Under the pieces are notes generated by a model. The model had not been told where the DNA came from and searched no databases. It was given only the letters and a program-made list of their open reading frames with translations. A DNA stretch of 63,468 bases, the filler included, from Licmophora abbreviata (lineage: Eukaryota): NCBI GenBank assembly GCA_900291995.1. It is 18 parts of 18 records of this genome, joined end to end, with 100 filler letters (N's around TTAATTAATTAA, not from the genome) between each part and the next. Parts side by side here need not be neighbours in the genome. Positions count along the whole stretch, not along the records: positions 1 to 11,638 come from OLMU01002410.1; positions 11,739 to 16,374 come from OLMU01002413.1; positions 16,475 to 17,738 come from OLMU01002414.1; positions 17,839 to 21,224 come from OLMU01002415.1; positions 21,325 to 25,495 come from OLMU01002416.1; 13 more parts are not named here. One strand, given 5' to 3'. Below, piece by piece: positions 9,748 to 23,300 of this stretch; positions within the stretch are counted from its first letter, which is position 1, and each line of letters starts with the position of its first letter. The translations under genes and the position numbers were made by a program.

Positions 9748-11329
9748 TCAGAACTCGTTCCCTTGTTGCGTGCGCTTCTGCTGAGTCGCCTTTGTCGGAA
9801 ATAAGTCATCCAGTTCTATGCAACGACTAAGTTCAAATTCGTTCGCCTTTTTCAAGTGCCGTGCCTGCTCTTCCTGTGAACGTTGTCGAGCAGCATGCCT
9901 TTTCAACTGCTTCTGATAGTCTCGCTGTTTGTTGCACTCTGTTGTGAGGTAAGAATGGTACTGTTTCTGCACCATGCGCTCGACTTGTCCCAACTGATAC
10001 CGATCCCGATAGTAGGTTCGTAAAAACTTGTCCGTCACAAAATAGGGAATGTCCTTTACCGGCGTCAGTTTCGTATGCAGCTGATTCAGGAAAGGCTCTG
10101 TCCGCTGCGGGATGGATGGATTTCAAAACGATGAGACACGACCGTGGTGTCAGAAGAGATGTTGCCTCCCGATCCCTCCAGAAATAGCAAAGACGTGATC
10201 ACGTACCGTCAGACTAAAATAGCGATTCCCTGACTGGCCGCCATCTCCGCCCATATTCAAGAATGACAAAAGCATAATGACGAGAAAGGGCACTAGCTGC
10301 ATCCACACACCAGAGGCAGCTTCCTCCTGTTCCTCTTGCTGTGGTCCAGCTCGTCGTCTCGCTCGTTGTCGTTGACCAAAGCCAGCTCCCCCAAACCCGC
10401 CTCCTCCGAAACCATTCGTATAAAAGTGAACCCCCAGGTCCTCCTCGCATTTGACCACCCGGCATACCGCCGCCAAAGAACATGTTGAAAATATCCTCTG
10501 GGCTCACCTCCTGTTGCCCACCTCGAAATCCATGCTGCATACCACCCGCTCCACCACCTCGATTGTCCGGATCCTCCTCTCCATATCGATCATATATAGT
10601 TCGTTTTTGTGAGTCCGACAAAGTAGCGTAGGCCAATCCGACCGCCTTGAAGGCCTCATCCGCATGCGGTGCCGAATTCTTATCGGGGTGAAGTTTCAGA
10701 GCAAGCTTGCGATATGCTTTTTTGATATCATTCTCGGTCGCATTGTCCGTAATGCCCAAGATTCGATAGTGCGCGCCTCGTCCCCCCTCCTTGGATCGCA
10801 ATACCTGCTTGACAATGCGCACCTGTTCTTCTGTATACGTCCGTCCATCGGCGCCCGTACTGACATTGGATTCCGTCCGTTCTGGCGGAGCACGTGCTGC
10901 AGGAGCACTGCCGCTGCTCTTTTGCAGTTTTCGCTTTGCTTGTTCCAAGAGCACCTCGACTCCGGGCAGGGGGTAGAGCTGGAGGGACTTTTGGAAGAGT
11001 TTGACGGCCCTGGGGTACTGTTTGCCTCGCAACGCTGCCGCTCCCATGTCGCGACATCGTTCCGCTTCTCCCTTGTTGACCTAAAGCCGTAAATGGGGTG
11101 AAAATGAGAGTGAGAACCCGCGACGGCTTGTCCTTCCTGTGGGTAGACCGCATCACTGTGGTGGTTCCGTGCGCTTCCGGGCGTCGCTCGTGTTTCGACG
11201 AGATTATTCCAAAAGCATAAGATTCCTTCTGCTCCAATATTTACGTAGAAACATACGAAGCGAAAGGAATCTACCCAAACCAATGCAAGCAAGCGGGTCG
11301 TGCAGCGCAGGTCCATCTCTTACCTCCAT
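9748..11329 (-). CDS. ER membrane J-domain co-chaperone, DNAJB12/14-like; exons 11329-11324, 11080-10207, 10104-9748; frameshift in C5 run 10431-10435
   Basis: [14 protein letters not shown]-terminus, J domain with LHPDKN, G/F-rich region ([12 protein letters not shown]), a TM helix and a C-terminal IPYFV...VERMV...C domain. Confidence 0.88.
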
Positions 11330-11638
11330 TCTGGGACTTTTCAATTCCGTCTATTGCAGTTCTACGCAGACAGACTGATCCAAGAGACTGTACACGAGTA
11401 GGAACAGCTGCTGTCGTCCTTGGTTGAGGATGGCCACGCGGCAAACCTGATGAAGAGAGATCGTCCAAGTGCGCCGCGGCGTCTGTGTGGGTGAGAGTGC
11501 TTTCGACTTCGTCAGCCATTCTGCCACGCGACACTTCGTCAGGCACTGTTTTTCGTTGGGAGCAACGCACTCTAGCAACTATCTGATAGCCTCGCTCACA
11601 CACAAACACATTCCGAATGCCCCCCAACGTTTTTCGTC

Positions 11639-11738
11639 NNNNNNNNNNNNNNNNNNNNNNNNNNNNNNNNNNNNNNNNNNNNTTAATTAATTAANNNNNN
11701 NNNNNNNNNNNNNNNNNNNNNNNNNNNNNNNNNNNNNN
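11639..11738. other. Artificial 100-bp scaffold gap linker (N44-TTAATTAATTAA-N44), first of 17; others start at 16375, 17739, 21225, 25496, 26928, 28306, 34734, 37043, 38489, 42396, 49143, 53698, 55361, 57457, 59111, 60892
   Basis: Identical 12-mer with stops in all six frames, embedded in N runs. Confidence 0.98.
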
Positions 11739-13449
11739 TCCCGTGTCTGAATCGTCTCACATGACGACCGAATCTCCTCCGACATCAGGGAAGTGGTCGC
11801 TTCCATCTCATCCACCTTACAACAGCAACAACTCGCCTAATACCGTTCTACTTCAACAGCAGTTGAAAAAGTCCAACAAGGAACTGAAAAAGGTTCAGGT
11901 GGAGGCGCGGCAGTTGCGCAAACACGTTATGCAGCTCAATTCTGAACTGGAGTCGGCTGAAACGGAATTGGCAGCACAGCGGGATGAGTTACAACGCGCG
12001 GCGGAACGGCTCGAACGCGACCGCCATCGACACAATGAAGAACGCGAGGATTTTTTGGATGACCAAGAAGAAGAGATCGATAATCTCAAGGAACATTACG
12101 AGAAGCTACTCGCGGAACAGAAAGACAGATCAGAGGAACAGATTGAAGATTTGCAGAATCGGCTCAAGCTAGAGGAAAATATGAGGTTGCAGGAAGGAGG
12201 CGACTGGACCAAGGAACTGGAAGATTCATTGCAGAGAGAACGAGATGCGCTCAAAAAACTTCAAGAAGTCAAGGATGAGAGTACTGGACTGCAGTCTCAA
12301 GTCGCCAAACTCGAGACACAACAGACTGCTCTGCAGACGCGACTCGAAACTGCGACGCAGAATGCGCACACGGCGGCAACGCGAGAACGAGAGGCGGATG
12401 ACAAGCTGGACGCTGCAATGTCGCTGCACTCGCGACAGTTGAGTCAAAGACAGTCGAGAGAATCCGAGCTGGAACGGACGGTCGCAGATCTTGGTGCCGC
12501 TCTGGCTGTAGCGCGACAGAAGGAGGGGAGGAACTTTGCTTCCGACAATAAACAAACCGGATCCGAGCCTAGCAACGCTTCGTTAAAGGAACAACTCAAT
12601 TACGCAAACGATGAGCAAGAGACGGTCAAGGTACAGCTCAGTCTTGAGACGCAGCGCTGTGATGCTCTTAGGCAGGAGCTTCACGAAATGTCGCAAGAGC
12701 GTACCGACGAGATGTCTGCTTCCCAAGCGCGACAGCAAGAACACGATCGACAGATTGCCGACATGAATGCAATCATTGCACGCCTGCAGTCAACCGTCCG
12801 GAAATTGAAGAAGGCAGATGACGGTAGCAATCTCGACAGTGAAGAGGGTGGCGCATCTGTCGGCGTCCGGACCTCTCGTGTCGCGAAGGAACTCGAGCAG
12901 TTCAAGCAACAGGTCGCATCCCTGTCGGAGCAGTTGATTCGTCAACAATCCCAGAATGAAGGCTCCAAGAGTGAAATGCTCGCTCTTCGGAGCCGACTGA
13001 AAGCGGCGACCTCCCGCGCAGAGAGCGCCGAACAGTCCCTGGCTCTTTCATCGTCGACACAATCAAACATCTACCAGACTGAAGGCGGGAGTACTGCTAG
13101 TATACCGTACGGTAACTCTACGATGAGACGAAGGGTAAAAGGAGGACGTCGGAGCAGTCCTACTTCTGTCCAGTCGATTCGATCGGCTCTCAATTTGAAT
13201 CCAGGACGAGTCAGCGAGGGAACCGAGCAAGTAGCAGCTACGATTGATGCCGTCGACGGCATGGTTGTCGAGATCGGCAGCTTCATGCGCCACGAGCCTT
13301 TGGCAAGACTGGGGCTCATTCTTTACCTATTCATACTTCACATCTGGGCATTCTGTCTTGTTCTATTCCACGCCCATTCGTTTGAGAAAGAGCATGCCGA
13401 TTTTGGCTCCTTGACAGATCAGCAACACGGAGGTAGGCTAGGACCATAA
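11739..13449 (+). CDS. Golgin-84 (GOLGA5)-like coiled-coil protein with a C-terminal TM anchor, 5'-partial
   Basis: Long heptad-rich region ending in FMRHEPLARLGLILYLFILHIWAFCLV, the golgin-84/CASP-type TM signature. Confidence 0.75.
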
Positions 13450-13530
13450 CTCTATTTGTTAGGTAGTGGTGACTACCTACTAGCTTGTTTCGTCGGAAGT
13501 CTGACGGATAAATTTGCAGACGCCGCCTCT

Positions 13531-16309
13531 TCACAAAGTATCTGTATCGTCCATCGATAGACTTAGTTTCACCTTGTGATGGCGATGACCGTGAGCCAAG
13601 CCTCTTGGACGAAAGGACAGAACTGAACGTTTTCTTTTCCCGTCTTTTTCTTCTCCACCGCCCTCGTCCTTATCGCCTGCGGTGCCCTCGACACCTGTCC
13701 TGTCCTCTTTTCCTCCTTTCTCTTCTCGCTTCTTCTGATTGCGTTTGGAGTTCTTGCCTTCTCCTTTCGGATTTACTCTGTGCATTCCCGGTGGCACCAA
13801 TCCAGCTGCCGGTACGTGCGAACGACTAACTTGGACAAGTTTCTCGTGTATCCCCATAACGTCGTTGAGCGTCAAGGCTTTTTCTACCGACTCACGTTCT
13901 TCAAACTGAATAAGCCCCCATCCCTTCGATCTCCCTTTTCCATTGGAGTGCTTCTCGCGAATAATCTTCGCATGTACAACGGCGCCACATCTTGGACGAA
14001 ACTCATCAACAAGATCCATCTCTTCCGTTGAAGGGGCTAGATTGGTTACTCGCACAGTAAAGGGGTGCGCTGGGTATTCAAGCTTGCCGATTTTCACTTT
14101 GAGTACTTCAACCTTCTTCTTCGAGAGAGTCGACTTGCTCTTATCTGTCGACATCTCCGGCTCGGTCGCTGTACTTTGTGCCATCTCCATGGGCTGCGGG
14201 ATGTCATCTGAATCTGCCCCCCTGTGACGTTTCGAGATAGTGTCAACCTCATCAGTCGATCGTTTGCGCTTTGGGGGGACTGCTGGATGGGGTGTCACGT
14301 CAGCCGCTGTCGTCGCCACGATGGCTGGCTCAGGATTCGAGGATGAGAATTCTTCCAGTTTCTTCTGGGACATTCTGGATGCGAATCCATAGCTTTCGTC
14401 GGATCCAAAGACTCTTTCAAACTCGAGATACTCCTGACAGAGCGAGTGCAATGCGACCTGTCGATCGCGCATCAAGGGGTGTACCCACATTCCTTTGTTC
14501 TTCCCTATTGAAGAAATGGTTTTCTGATACAACGCCCGTACATTGCGCAGCCTGCGCATCACCGCCTTAGGTGAGATGCATGATCCCTGCAGCCTACTCC
14601 GTATGTACCATGACGCGGAGTCGGGGTGTACCGGTTGGTGACAATGGACCAGCTTTTCAAAGCAACGAAATGACTCGTGGTATTCCTCTGTAGCGTTTTC
14701 GTGGATCGAATCGAAGAGGGGGACAAGGAGAAATGCCTCAGTCATAGCACGATCCTTCCAGATAATTGTCCGTCCCTCCGACCAAGAGCCGTGCTTTTGT
14801 CGTAGATACTCGTCGGCCTCGTCGTACATTATGCGAAGCTCTTCCACGTTGTCGATTATCTCGCTCGTTTGGCCCACCATTAGAGCGTGTGACATACCCC
14901 TGTCCAGTTCTCCCTTCTTGCTCACATTTTCTGCTTCGTCATAGCGTAATGGCTTGGAGGACTTATCTTCACTGGCCAAAACTGCCATGATGCGACGCTT
15001 CATCGTCATTGTTGCTGCCATGTAAACATCCAGATACTGCGACGGTTCGGAAAAGAACTTGCCCTGAATAGCATCGTTTACGACGAGCATGATTTCGTCA
15101 CCATCGAGCACATCCAATCCTGCTTCTGCCAGTACCCACATGGAATGTATCTTCAACTGAAACATTGTGGGGCTATATGGACAGTTCCGCGTTGCGCGGT
15201 TGGCCACTGCCTGCAGCTGCGACTTGGATACCTTTGGATGAGCGGTTCGAACCAAATACATCAAGTGCTTGAGGTAGGAGCGCCACAACGACTCGACTGT
15301 CGGACACTCCGAAACTCCACGCTCATATATTGGGATCGCTAACGAATGTACCAACTCTTCGACTCGCGTTTTTCGCCTCGTCGTCCTCCTCAGCCTCCAC
15401 ACGTGGAGCTACAAAGCGAGCGCACGTTTGTGCATAGTTGATGAAGGCTTTCGCCGTCAACGCCCCGCCCAAGCCATTCCACAAACGACATTGCGTAGGG
15501 TCCTGTCGCACAAGATTATCCCACTCGATCTTCTCGTCATCCTGCATGGTTAGCGGAAACTCATGCCTCGTCAAGATTTGTTCCGTGTGCATGGCGACAT
15601 CGATATCGTCTTCCAGCGATTGCAACATGCCAAATGTCTTGGCAGCGTACCGTCGAGCCTCGTCTAGATTCGCCATGTCATCATTGCCAAAGGGAATAGA
15701 GTATCGTTCGCAAAATTCACGAACCTCATCCAGAATTCCATCATTGGCGTTCTTCAAGGGAGTACGAGCACGCTGCAGAAAGAGATCTTTGACCAGACTC
15801 CCCTGGGATGGACTTTGATCCTTCATGGCAAAACTGGCATACATTCGATAGAGACGAGATATGACTTGACCTTCATTGCAGTGCGACCCTCGCCCCACAG
15901 CCATGAGAGCATCTTGAAAGGCCGCCTGGATCTTATCGTCGACATCATCCGAGGGACCATCGGCCGCCTGCTGCAATCGCAGTTCCAGCGCATACAATCG
16001 TAGCATGGCGCACCCTGGAAATGCCGATATTCCCATTTCCAACGTACTTTGCTGTAATTCCATCGTTGCTGCCTCGTCTTGGTTTTCGTTGGCATGTTTC
16101 CTGAGCAAGCGATATTGTGTTGCAACGACGTGACTGAACTGGACCCACAGGAGCGGTGTCATGTCGCAGTATTGACTCAACTCTTGAAATACAGAGGATG
16201 CCGTGTCATAGTACTCAATCACGGGGCTTGTAGCGGACGACTCCGCACTCCTTGCCAGAGTTAGATTAGTTTGGATCGTTCCAACGAGCTTGTTGTAATC
16301 ATACAACAT
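13531..16309 (-). CDS. SART3/Prp24-like HAT-repeat + RRM RNA-binding protein; frameshift in T5 run 15369-15373; 5' end may lie in the gap
   Basis: HAT-like repeats (MTPLLWVQF, IYERGVSECPTVESLWRSY, RATRNCPYS) and a C-terminal RRM (TVRVTNL...KGWGLIQF). Removing one base joins the two ORFs. Confidence 0.75.
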
Positions 16310-16791
16310 GACGACGACGATACTTGAACAAACTATTGGAAGTGCTGGACGACTTACAAGAGGATGAACGGAACNNNNNNNNNNNNNNNNNNNNNNNNNN
16401 NNNNNNNNNNNNNNNNNNTTAATTAATTAANNNNNNNNNNNNNNNNNNNNNNNNNNNNNNNNNNNNNNNNNNNNTCTTTCAATGGAAAAGCAATCAACGT
16501 GTATCAAGGAGGTTTCTGGCAGAAGAGGGACCCTTCAATGCTTCTTCTGCTGAAACAAGTCAAGCATGAAAGAATGAACGACGGTCGCGTGCCTGTGTCA
16601 ATTTGATTTTTTTCTTGATTTGGATGAGATTTTTCGTGTGGCGCCATCACAGCAAGACACCTCCTCCGGGTTATGTGTTACAGGTTACTCCTTACTCACC
16701 TTTGTAATTTTTGTACATTCTGTACTGACTGCTACGTGACGGGAACGGCACCGCACGTTCAACACAACGACGACAACAGGACACCGGCACC

Positions 16792-17559
16792 ATGGTGATC
16801 GCCAGTAAGTTTCAGCGGCAATCGAAAGACTCTCGATGCGTAAATGGAGATCGCAGTAATGTATTGAAGGAAGGTTGAGACATAGAAGGAAAAAGAAGAA
16901 GCAAAAGGAAAGAAATTGCAGAGTCGCAGTCCGAAGTCCGTCCGGCGTGTGAACCAGACTACTGACTGTGGTGTAGTGGCGCCTTGTGTGGAGGAATTTG
17001 TAGCTCGACATGGGCCATGATGCGTTTTGTTTTGTTTGTGGTTGCACCGCCTTGGCCTAAACCTGTACGTTGTTTCTCCGTTCTACTCTCCTCGCAGCCG
17101 AGCTTTGCGCTCTTTCCGAGTACCGGATTTACCCCGGAAATGGCAAATTGATGATTCGCCGCGACGCCAAGCCCATTTGGCTGGGCACGTCCAAGGCACA
17201 CAGGTCTGACGATTCAGCGCAAAAAGGCTGCCAAACTGGTTTGGACACAGGCGTGGCGCCGTTTGCACAAGAAGGGCATTACCGAACTGTCCACAAAGAA
17301 GCGAACGCGTCGTACCAACAAGGTCCAGCGTGCGGTCGTCGGTGCGTCCTTGGACGACATCAAGAAGAAGGCGTCGCAGAAATCGGAGTTCCGTACGTCA
17401 CAGCGAGAGGCGGCATTGAAAGAGTTGAAGGCGCGTAAGACTGTCAACAAGACGAAGAGTGGCGGACGCAGTGCTGGAAAGAGTGCGGCGGCCAAGCAGT
17501 TCCAAAAGGTTCCGAAACACATGGGTGGAAAGGGAAAGCGTGGTGGAACTCAGCGCTAA
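16792..17559 (+). CDS. RPL24: 60S ribosomal protein L24 (eL24); exons 16792-16804, 17098-17559; extra G at 17203-17204
   Basis: MVIA|TELCALSEYRIYPGNG...QRKKAAKLVWTQAWRRLHKKG...VQRAVVGASLDDI. GT-AG intron 16805-17097. Confidence 0.95.
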
Positions 17560-18009
17560 ATTACGGCATAGCGTTGTCGTTTTAGACAAATTATACTCTT
17601 TGCCATTCCATCCCACCTGTACGTTCTTGTAGAGGTATTACGTTTCGTACGAAGTATGAAAGTTACAATCAACGTCATTGACGACGCTTAGAAGACATTA
17701 GCTGTCGAGCTCCATGGAACTAGTCCAACTAGAGGTGANNNNNNNNNNNNNNNNNNNNNNNNNNNNNNNNNNNNNNNNNNNNTTAATTAATTAANNNNNN
17801 NNNNNNNNNNNNNNNNNNNNNNNNNNNNNNNNNNNNNNGCATTCCGACGGTTGACGGACAGCTTTTTGGCGCGCCACCGGGTACTTCCACGAGGAGGCGG
17901 CAATCAAAATCGTCTAACACTCTCGCGCCTCAACACTCACTCATCGGCGCGGTCGACGGAGCGTGGAGAAGACAGCACAGCTTGGACACATCAGGGACGA
18001 TTGTCAAGC

Positions 18010-18978
18010 ATGATTATGAGAAGAGCATTCATTTCGCTGGCGCTGTTTGCGTCCCAAGCTGGTACGTAGGTGGGGACATGGCTGATAGTGATATAATACA
18101 TACAGAGAAGAGAAAAAGGTTTCAAGATTGGGTCGCAAATCTCTAGAGTTTAGTGGCTCCACATTCGACTCTTGTCGCCCGCTCACAATCATTTCGGATC
18201 TTCTTTTACGTTTGCAGCCGCCTTTACGGCAGTCCGGCCCTCGTTTGGTGTGTCCACGAGTCTCTCGGCATCCGCGAACTATCCCTTCATGATGCCGGAC
18301 GAACCCTCGGAACCCGCAAAGCCGGCTCCTCAGACACCCCCGCAGCGCAACCCGCCTCCGCTGCCGACTGTCTCCGCGGAGTCTGGACAGCTCGATGTCA
18401 TTTCCCGTCTTCTGAAGGACCGTATTCTCTTGTTGGGGACCGATGTGAATGATGAAGTCGCCAATGTTCTAGTAGCGCAGCTCTTGTACTTGGCCAACGA
18501 GGATCCCGATAAGGATATCACTCTTTACATTAACAGTCCCGGTGGCTCCGTGAGTGCCGGCCTTGCCATTTACGATACCATGCAGTTCATTCCTTGCGAT
18601 GTCCAGACGGTCTGTTTCGGAATGGCTGCCAGTATGGGCGCCTTCTTGCTGGGAGCCGGGTCTCCGGGAAAGCGCAAGTCCCTCCCCAACGCTCGCATCA
18701 TGATCCATCAGCCGCTCGGAGGTGCGCAGGGACAGGCGGCCGACATTGAGATTCAAGCCAAGGAGATCTTGTTTACCAAGGCCGTGTTGAACAAGTTCAT
18801 GTCAGACTATTGTGATCAGCCGATTGAAAAGATTGCTGAAGATACCGATCGCGACTTCTTCATGACGCCCAACGAAGCACTCGACTACGGGATCATTGAC
18901 GAAGTCATCAAGACGAAGACCAGTCACATTCCTCTTCCTCCGATGCCTTCTCTGCGTGCTAATCCTGAATACATTTAG
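18010..18978 (+). CDS. clpP: Plastid-targeted ATP-dependent Clp protease proteolytic subunit; exons 18010-18061, 18218-18978
   Basis: Signal peptide + AAAF presequence. [32 protein letters not shown] and DRDFFM motifs (Ser-His-Asp triad). Confidence 0.95.
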
Positions 18979-19363
18979 TCGATAACTCGGGGATATCTAA
19001 CGTGGTGGTGATACCGTGCTAGCTAGCTGAATTATTCTCCATGGAAATCTACGCATGGCTCAAGGATTTGACCTTGATTTGATATCATTACTCTAGTCTC
19101 GCGAAAGTCTCCGTAAGACACTGTCTTCGTCCCCCCAAACTGTTAGTTTACTTGCTCTAGGAGCTTTGCTTCGGTCGATCAATGAATGGATCGGCGAAAC
19201 GTCGTGTTTTGGTCGTGCGTTTACCAGTATTCTTGCGGGTTAGCTCGGATCGCGTAATCGCGCACTTTTTGTTTGGTATAGCGACGCGATGTGTGAAAGG
19301 CCTGTGAACCCCGTCTCGCTGGAACCATCAGAAGCAGGAAAGGCAACGCACTATTGTACCACC

Positions 19364-20351
19364 ATGTCGTCAACATTCGCCAGGCTACTTCCAGAGCAAC
19401 AGGTTCAAGCGGTAGTGCAGCAATGGCTGGACGACGACATGCCTTCGTTTGATGTCGGGGGCTTGGTCGTCGGATCTACCGAAAAATCGGCCATGCTGCT
19501 CATGAAGTCTCCTGGGATCTTTGCCGGCAAGCCTTTCTTTGATGCTGTGTTTGAGACTCTAAAGTGCACCGTGGTATGGGAAAGTCATGTGGCTGTGGAG
19601 GGCTCCTTCGTAAATGCGTCGTCCTCCAACAAGGTCTGCTTGGCTCGCGTCACGGGTCCGGTACATGCCATTCTGCAGGGAGAAAGAACAGCCCTCAACA
19701 TCATCAGTCGCTGCTCGGGTGTCGCTTCTCTATCCAAACAAGCCGTTGACACAGCGCGATCGCTGGGCTGGAAGGGATATGTGGCCGGCACTCGCAAAAC
19801 GACCCCCGGCTTTCGCATCGTCGAAAAGTACGGTCTCCTCGTGGGCGGTGCCGCCACGCATCGACTCGATCTGAGTCAAATGGTCATGCTGAAAGACAAT
19901 CATATCTGGAGTGCAGGCAGTATAGCAAAAGCTGTGAAGGAAGCGCGGACTGCGGCTGGATTTTCGCAAAAGATTGAAGTCGAATGTCAGGCGTTGGAAG
20001 AGGCCATAGAAGCGGCGGAGGCTGGAGCTGATGTACGTCCTGCTGATTGCAATGTAGTATTGGTGCTAAGCGATGTGCCTCACTCGTCTCTCACTTTCCC
20101 TTCTCCAATCGACACTCTTGACTCTCTAGATTGTCATGCTGGACAACTTTGAACCGCACCTTCTAAAGATGGCCGCCGCGACATTCAAGAGTCGATATCC
20201 CCATGTACTAGTCGAAGCCAGCGGAGGCATCACGACTGAAACCATGCCGGAATATCTTTCAGAGCATGTTGATATCGTTTCACAAGGGAAATTGACACAA
20301 GGGTACAGTTGTGTAGACTACAGTCTCAAGATACAGCAGGACGGAAAGTAG
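19364..20351 (+). CDS. nadC: Quinolinate phosphoribosyltransferase; exons 19364-20032, 20130-20351
   Basis: GERTALN, GTRKTTPGFR, HRLDLS.MVMLKDNH, KIEVEC, AD|IVMLDNF and EASGGI motifs. Confidence 0.95.
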
Positions 20352-20387
20352 CTGATACTATTAAACAAGCTCGTTGTCTTGTAATAT

Positions 20388-23300
20388 CTACAGTCGCTTC
20401 TTGCCTGTAATGCCTTGAGCAGCCCATTGATCGAGTTGCGACGTGAACGATCGTTCCACATCCTCACTTGAAAGACCGCCACGCTCCGTTTGACTCAACG
20501 CCGCACTTCCTGCCGAAGCATCAGAGTTCATACGAGAGTGTCGCCCAGAACGAGGCAGACTCGGAATTCTTCGGTGCATGCTGGCAGCGCGTTGGCGGGC
20601 CTGATCGATCAAGGAAGGCTGGTGGTCGGTCACCTCACCAAAGCTGGTAACACGCATCATCATGCGATCTTCCGTTGGATTTACCGATGCACCGGTACTG
20701 CTGTCAACGCTGTCAATTCGCTCACGCATGCCACCGATACTACCAGTGCGGGAATGACTGCGTCTCTTGCTCGAAGTGACCCTGGGGCTGACCTCTTCCC
20801 CGAATTTCTCACTTTGCTCGATCACGGGCGCGCTCTGAGCGCGGCGGTGGCGAGAATTGCGACGAGCATGCGTCTTTGGTTCCAATGGCATTGCCAACAA
20901 TTCGTCAAGGCGGGAGATTGTTTTGAGTGTAGCAAGATCGGAATCGCTCGATAGTTCCGAGGCATGTGCACCGCTGCCGCTGATCGTAAGCTTCTTCATT
21001 TCGTCACTGCTCTCCATCTCGCTACTACGATTGAGTCCTCCGCGACCACGTGGCGATGGGACAAGCGGCAACCTGTTCGTCGGAGAGATTGGCTTGTAGA
21101 AGAGATACGTCTTTCTTTCCAGCCGGTTGATCGGGAAGGTTTGTGTAGCTCTTGGTGGTCCCCTCACCACGAGAGATAGTGGTAGGCGACGGCTCGTTTC
21201 CTTGAGCCTCCGTCGAGATAGTTTNNNNNNNNNNNNNNNNNNNNNNNNNNNNNNNNNNNNNNNNNNNNTTAATTAATTAANNNNNNNNNNNNNNNNNNNN
21301 NNNNNNNNNNNNNNNNNNNNNNNNTGGTGCGCTCTGAGCGCGGCGGTGGCGAGAATTGCGACGAACATGAGTCCTTGGTTCCAATGGCATTGCCAACAAT
21401 TCGTCAAGACGCGAGGTCGATTTGAGTGTAGCAAGATCGGAATCGCTCGATGGTTCCGAGGCATGTGCACTGCTGCCGCTAATCGTAAGCTTCTTCATTT
21501 CGTCACTGCTCTCCATCTCGCTACTACGGTTGAGTCCTCCGCGACCACGGGGCGATGGGACAAGCGGCAACTGTTCGTCGGAGAGATGAGCTTGTAGAAG
21601 AGATACGTCTTTCCGTCCAGTCGGTTGATCGGGAGGCTTTGTGTAGCTCTTGGCGGTTCCCTCACCACGAGAGAGAGTGGTAGGCGACGGCTCGTTTCCT
21701 TGAGCCTCCGTCGAGATAGTTTCGGTGAACCTTCGGGTCATTTGGTCAAAATCGTTGTCAATATCATTCCGTGTGAGATTAGCGTCGTACGTTTGTAACT
21801 GTCGACGATCGTCTTCCTTGGAGCTTTCTGATAGTAGTTCGGATGCTTCATCGCTATCTCCTTCGGAACTGCCCGAGCTATGATAATCGCCCTCGTAGTC
21901 GAGAATCATCGGAATACCTTCCTTGCCCGGCTCACACAGCACCTCCGGCAACGCCATGATATCTCCCCGACTTTTCTGGGAAGCATAAAACACAGTCTCG
22001 CGTGACATCATTAATGCAACGAAAACTGAGACAACCAGCAGAGGGAATACAGCAGAATACTGTGTGTGTAGGAATAGAGTAGAGATGGGTGAGTGACACG
22101 GACGGTGGGAGGTACGAGCAGACCTCTGTGATCCGTACTTACGTCTCCAGCCGTGGTACCTCCGCTCGACTCGTTCTCCGGATCAAATGCACTGATCGTA
22201 AGTGTCAGGATAAGCATGATTGCTAGATGCGCTCGGAACGTGACTACATGAGTGGATCCCATTATACAGAGGATAGCAACACATGGGTATGCGGCGAGCC
22301 CTCCTCCAACGCCGAACGCCTTCTGAGAGAGGCGCGCCAAATCGGTGAGAAAATGACTTGCGGAACATCCAACGAAGAGAGGGCCCCAAAAGTGACCCCC
22401 AATAATGCCGGTACCAAGGCTAAGTCCAGTCACAAAGACTTTGGCGGTCGCAATAAGAGCAGCACACCCAACGCTGAAACCAGCTCGAATCGCCGCCTCA
22501 TCCTTCGGATCGATCAGACAATAACCATAAGCCGTTATGTTCTTCGTGTCCTCATAAAGACCTTCGCCGAAAACGGGCAGAGGAGTGCGCCCTTTGTCAA
22601 TGAGAGTCTTTCGGAAGACATTGCAATGAGGTGAGCGTGACTATAACTACTAAAAGGCGTCGGTCCCACAGAAACAAAGATTTACCTGAAGCTGCGCCTC
22701 GCCCCAAAACATTACATGCGGGACAAACATTCCGGTCACACCAACCAAGAATCCAGCAATGGTACCTGCCACAGCAGCTCGTCTAGGTTCACGAGATATT
22801 CCAAAAGACAGAACCATTTTTCCATATTTTCCAAGTTGTTCAAAGAGACCAGGATCCAGCTTCTTTCTGTGGGCATCATTGCTGTTGACTAGCGGGATCG
22901 TCTCGCCGCCGTTGCCACGAACATCCGGCAGAGGGGACTCGTTCTCGTCCGCGTTGTCACCAGCATGATCATGGTGATGGTGCGTATTGAACCAATCGTG
23001 CACGGTATTCTTTAAAAACATGACAACCTTCGCGTATCCGATTCCAAGTACACTTCCAAAGATTCCGTAAAAGATCGCAGTGCTGAAAACTTTGCTTGGG
23101 AGTGACTTCGTCAGAAATGGGTAGTTGTAGTACCCCGTCACATCGTTTCCGACGACGAGTCGATTTGTCAACACTGCAACGATACTTGCGATGGTGGCTG
23201 GAGACAAAGCCTCAAAGTACTGTAGTCCCATACGGTGCGGGATCTCAAGCACGAACAAAGCCCCTGCCATCGGAAAACCGAAAAAACCTCCCACTGCCGC

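Noticed and set aside
16805..17097. Relatively long RPL24 intron as a snoRNA host
   Set aside because: No properly ordered box C (RUGAUGA) and box D (CUGA) pair, and no clear H/ACA structure.
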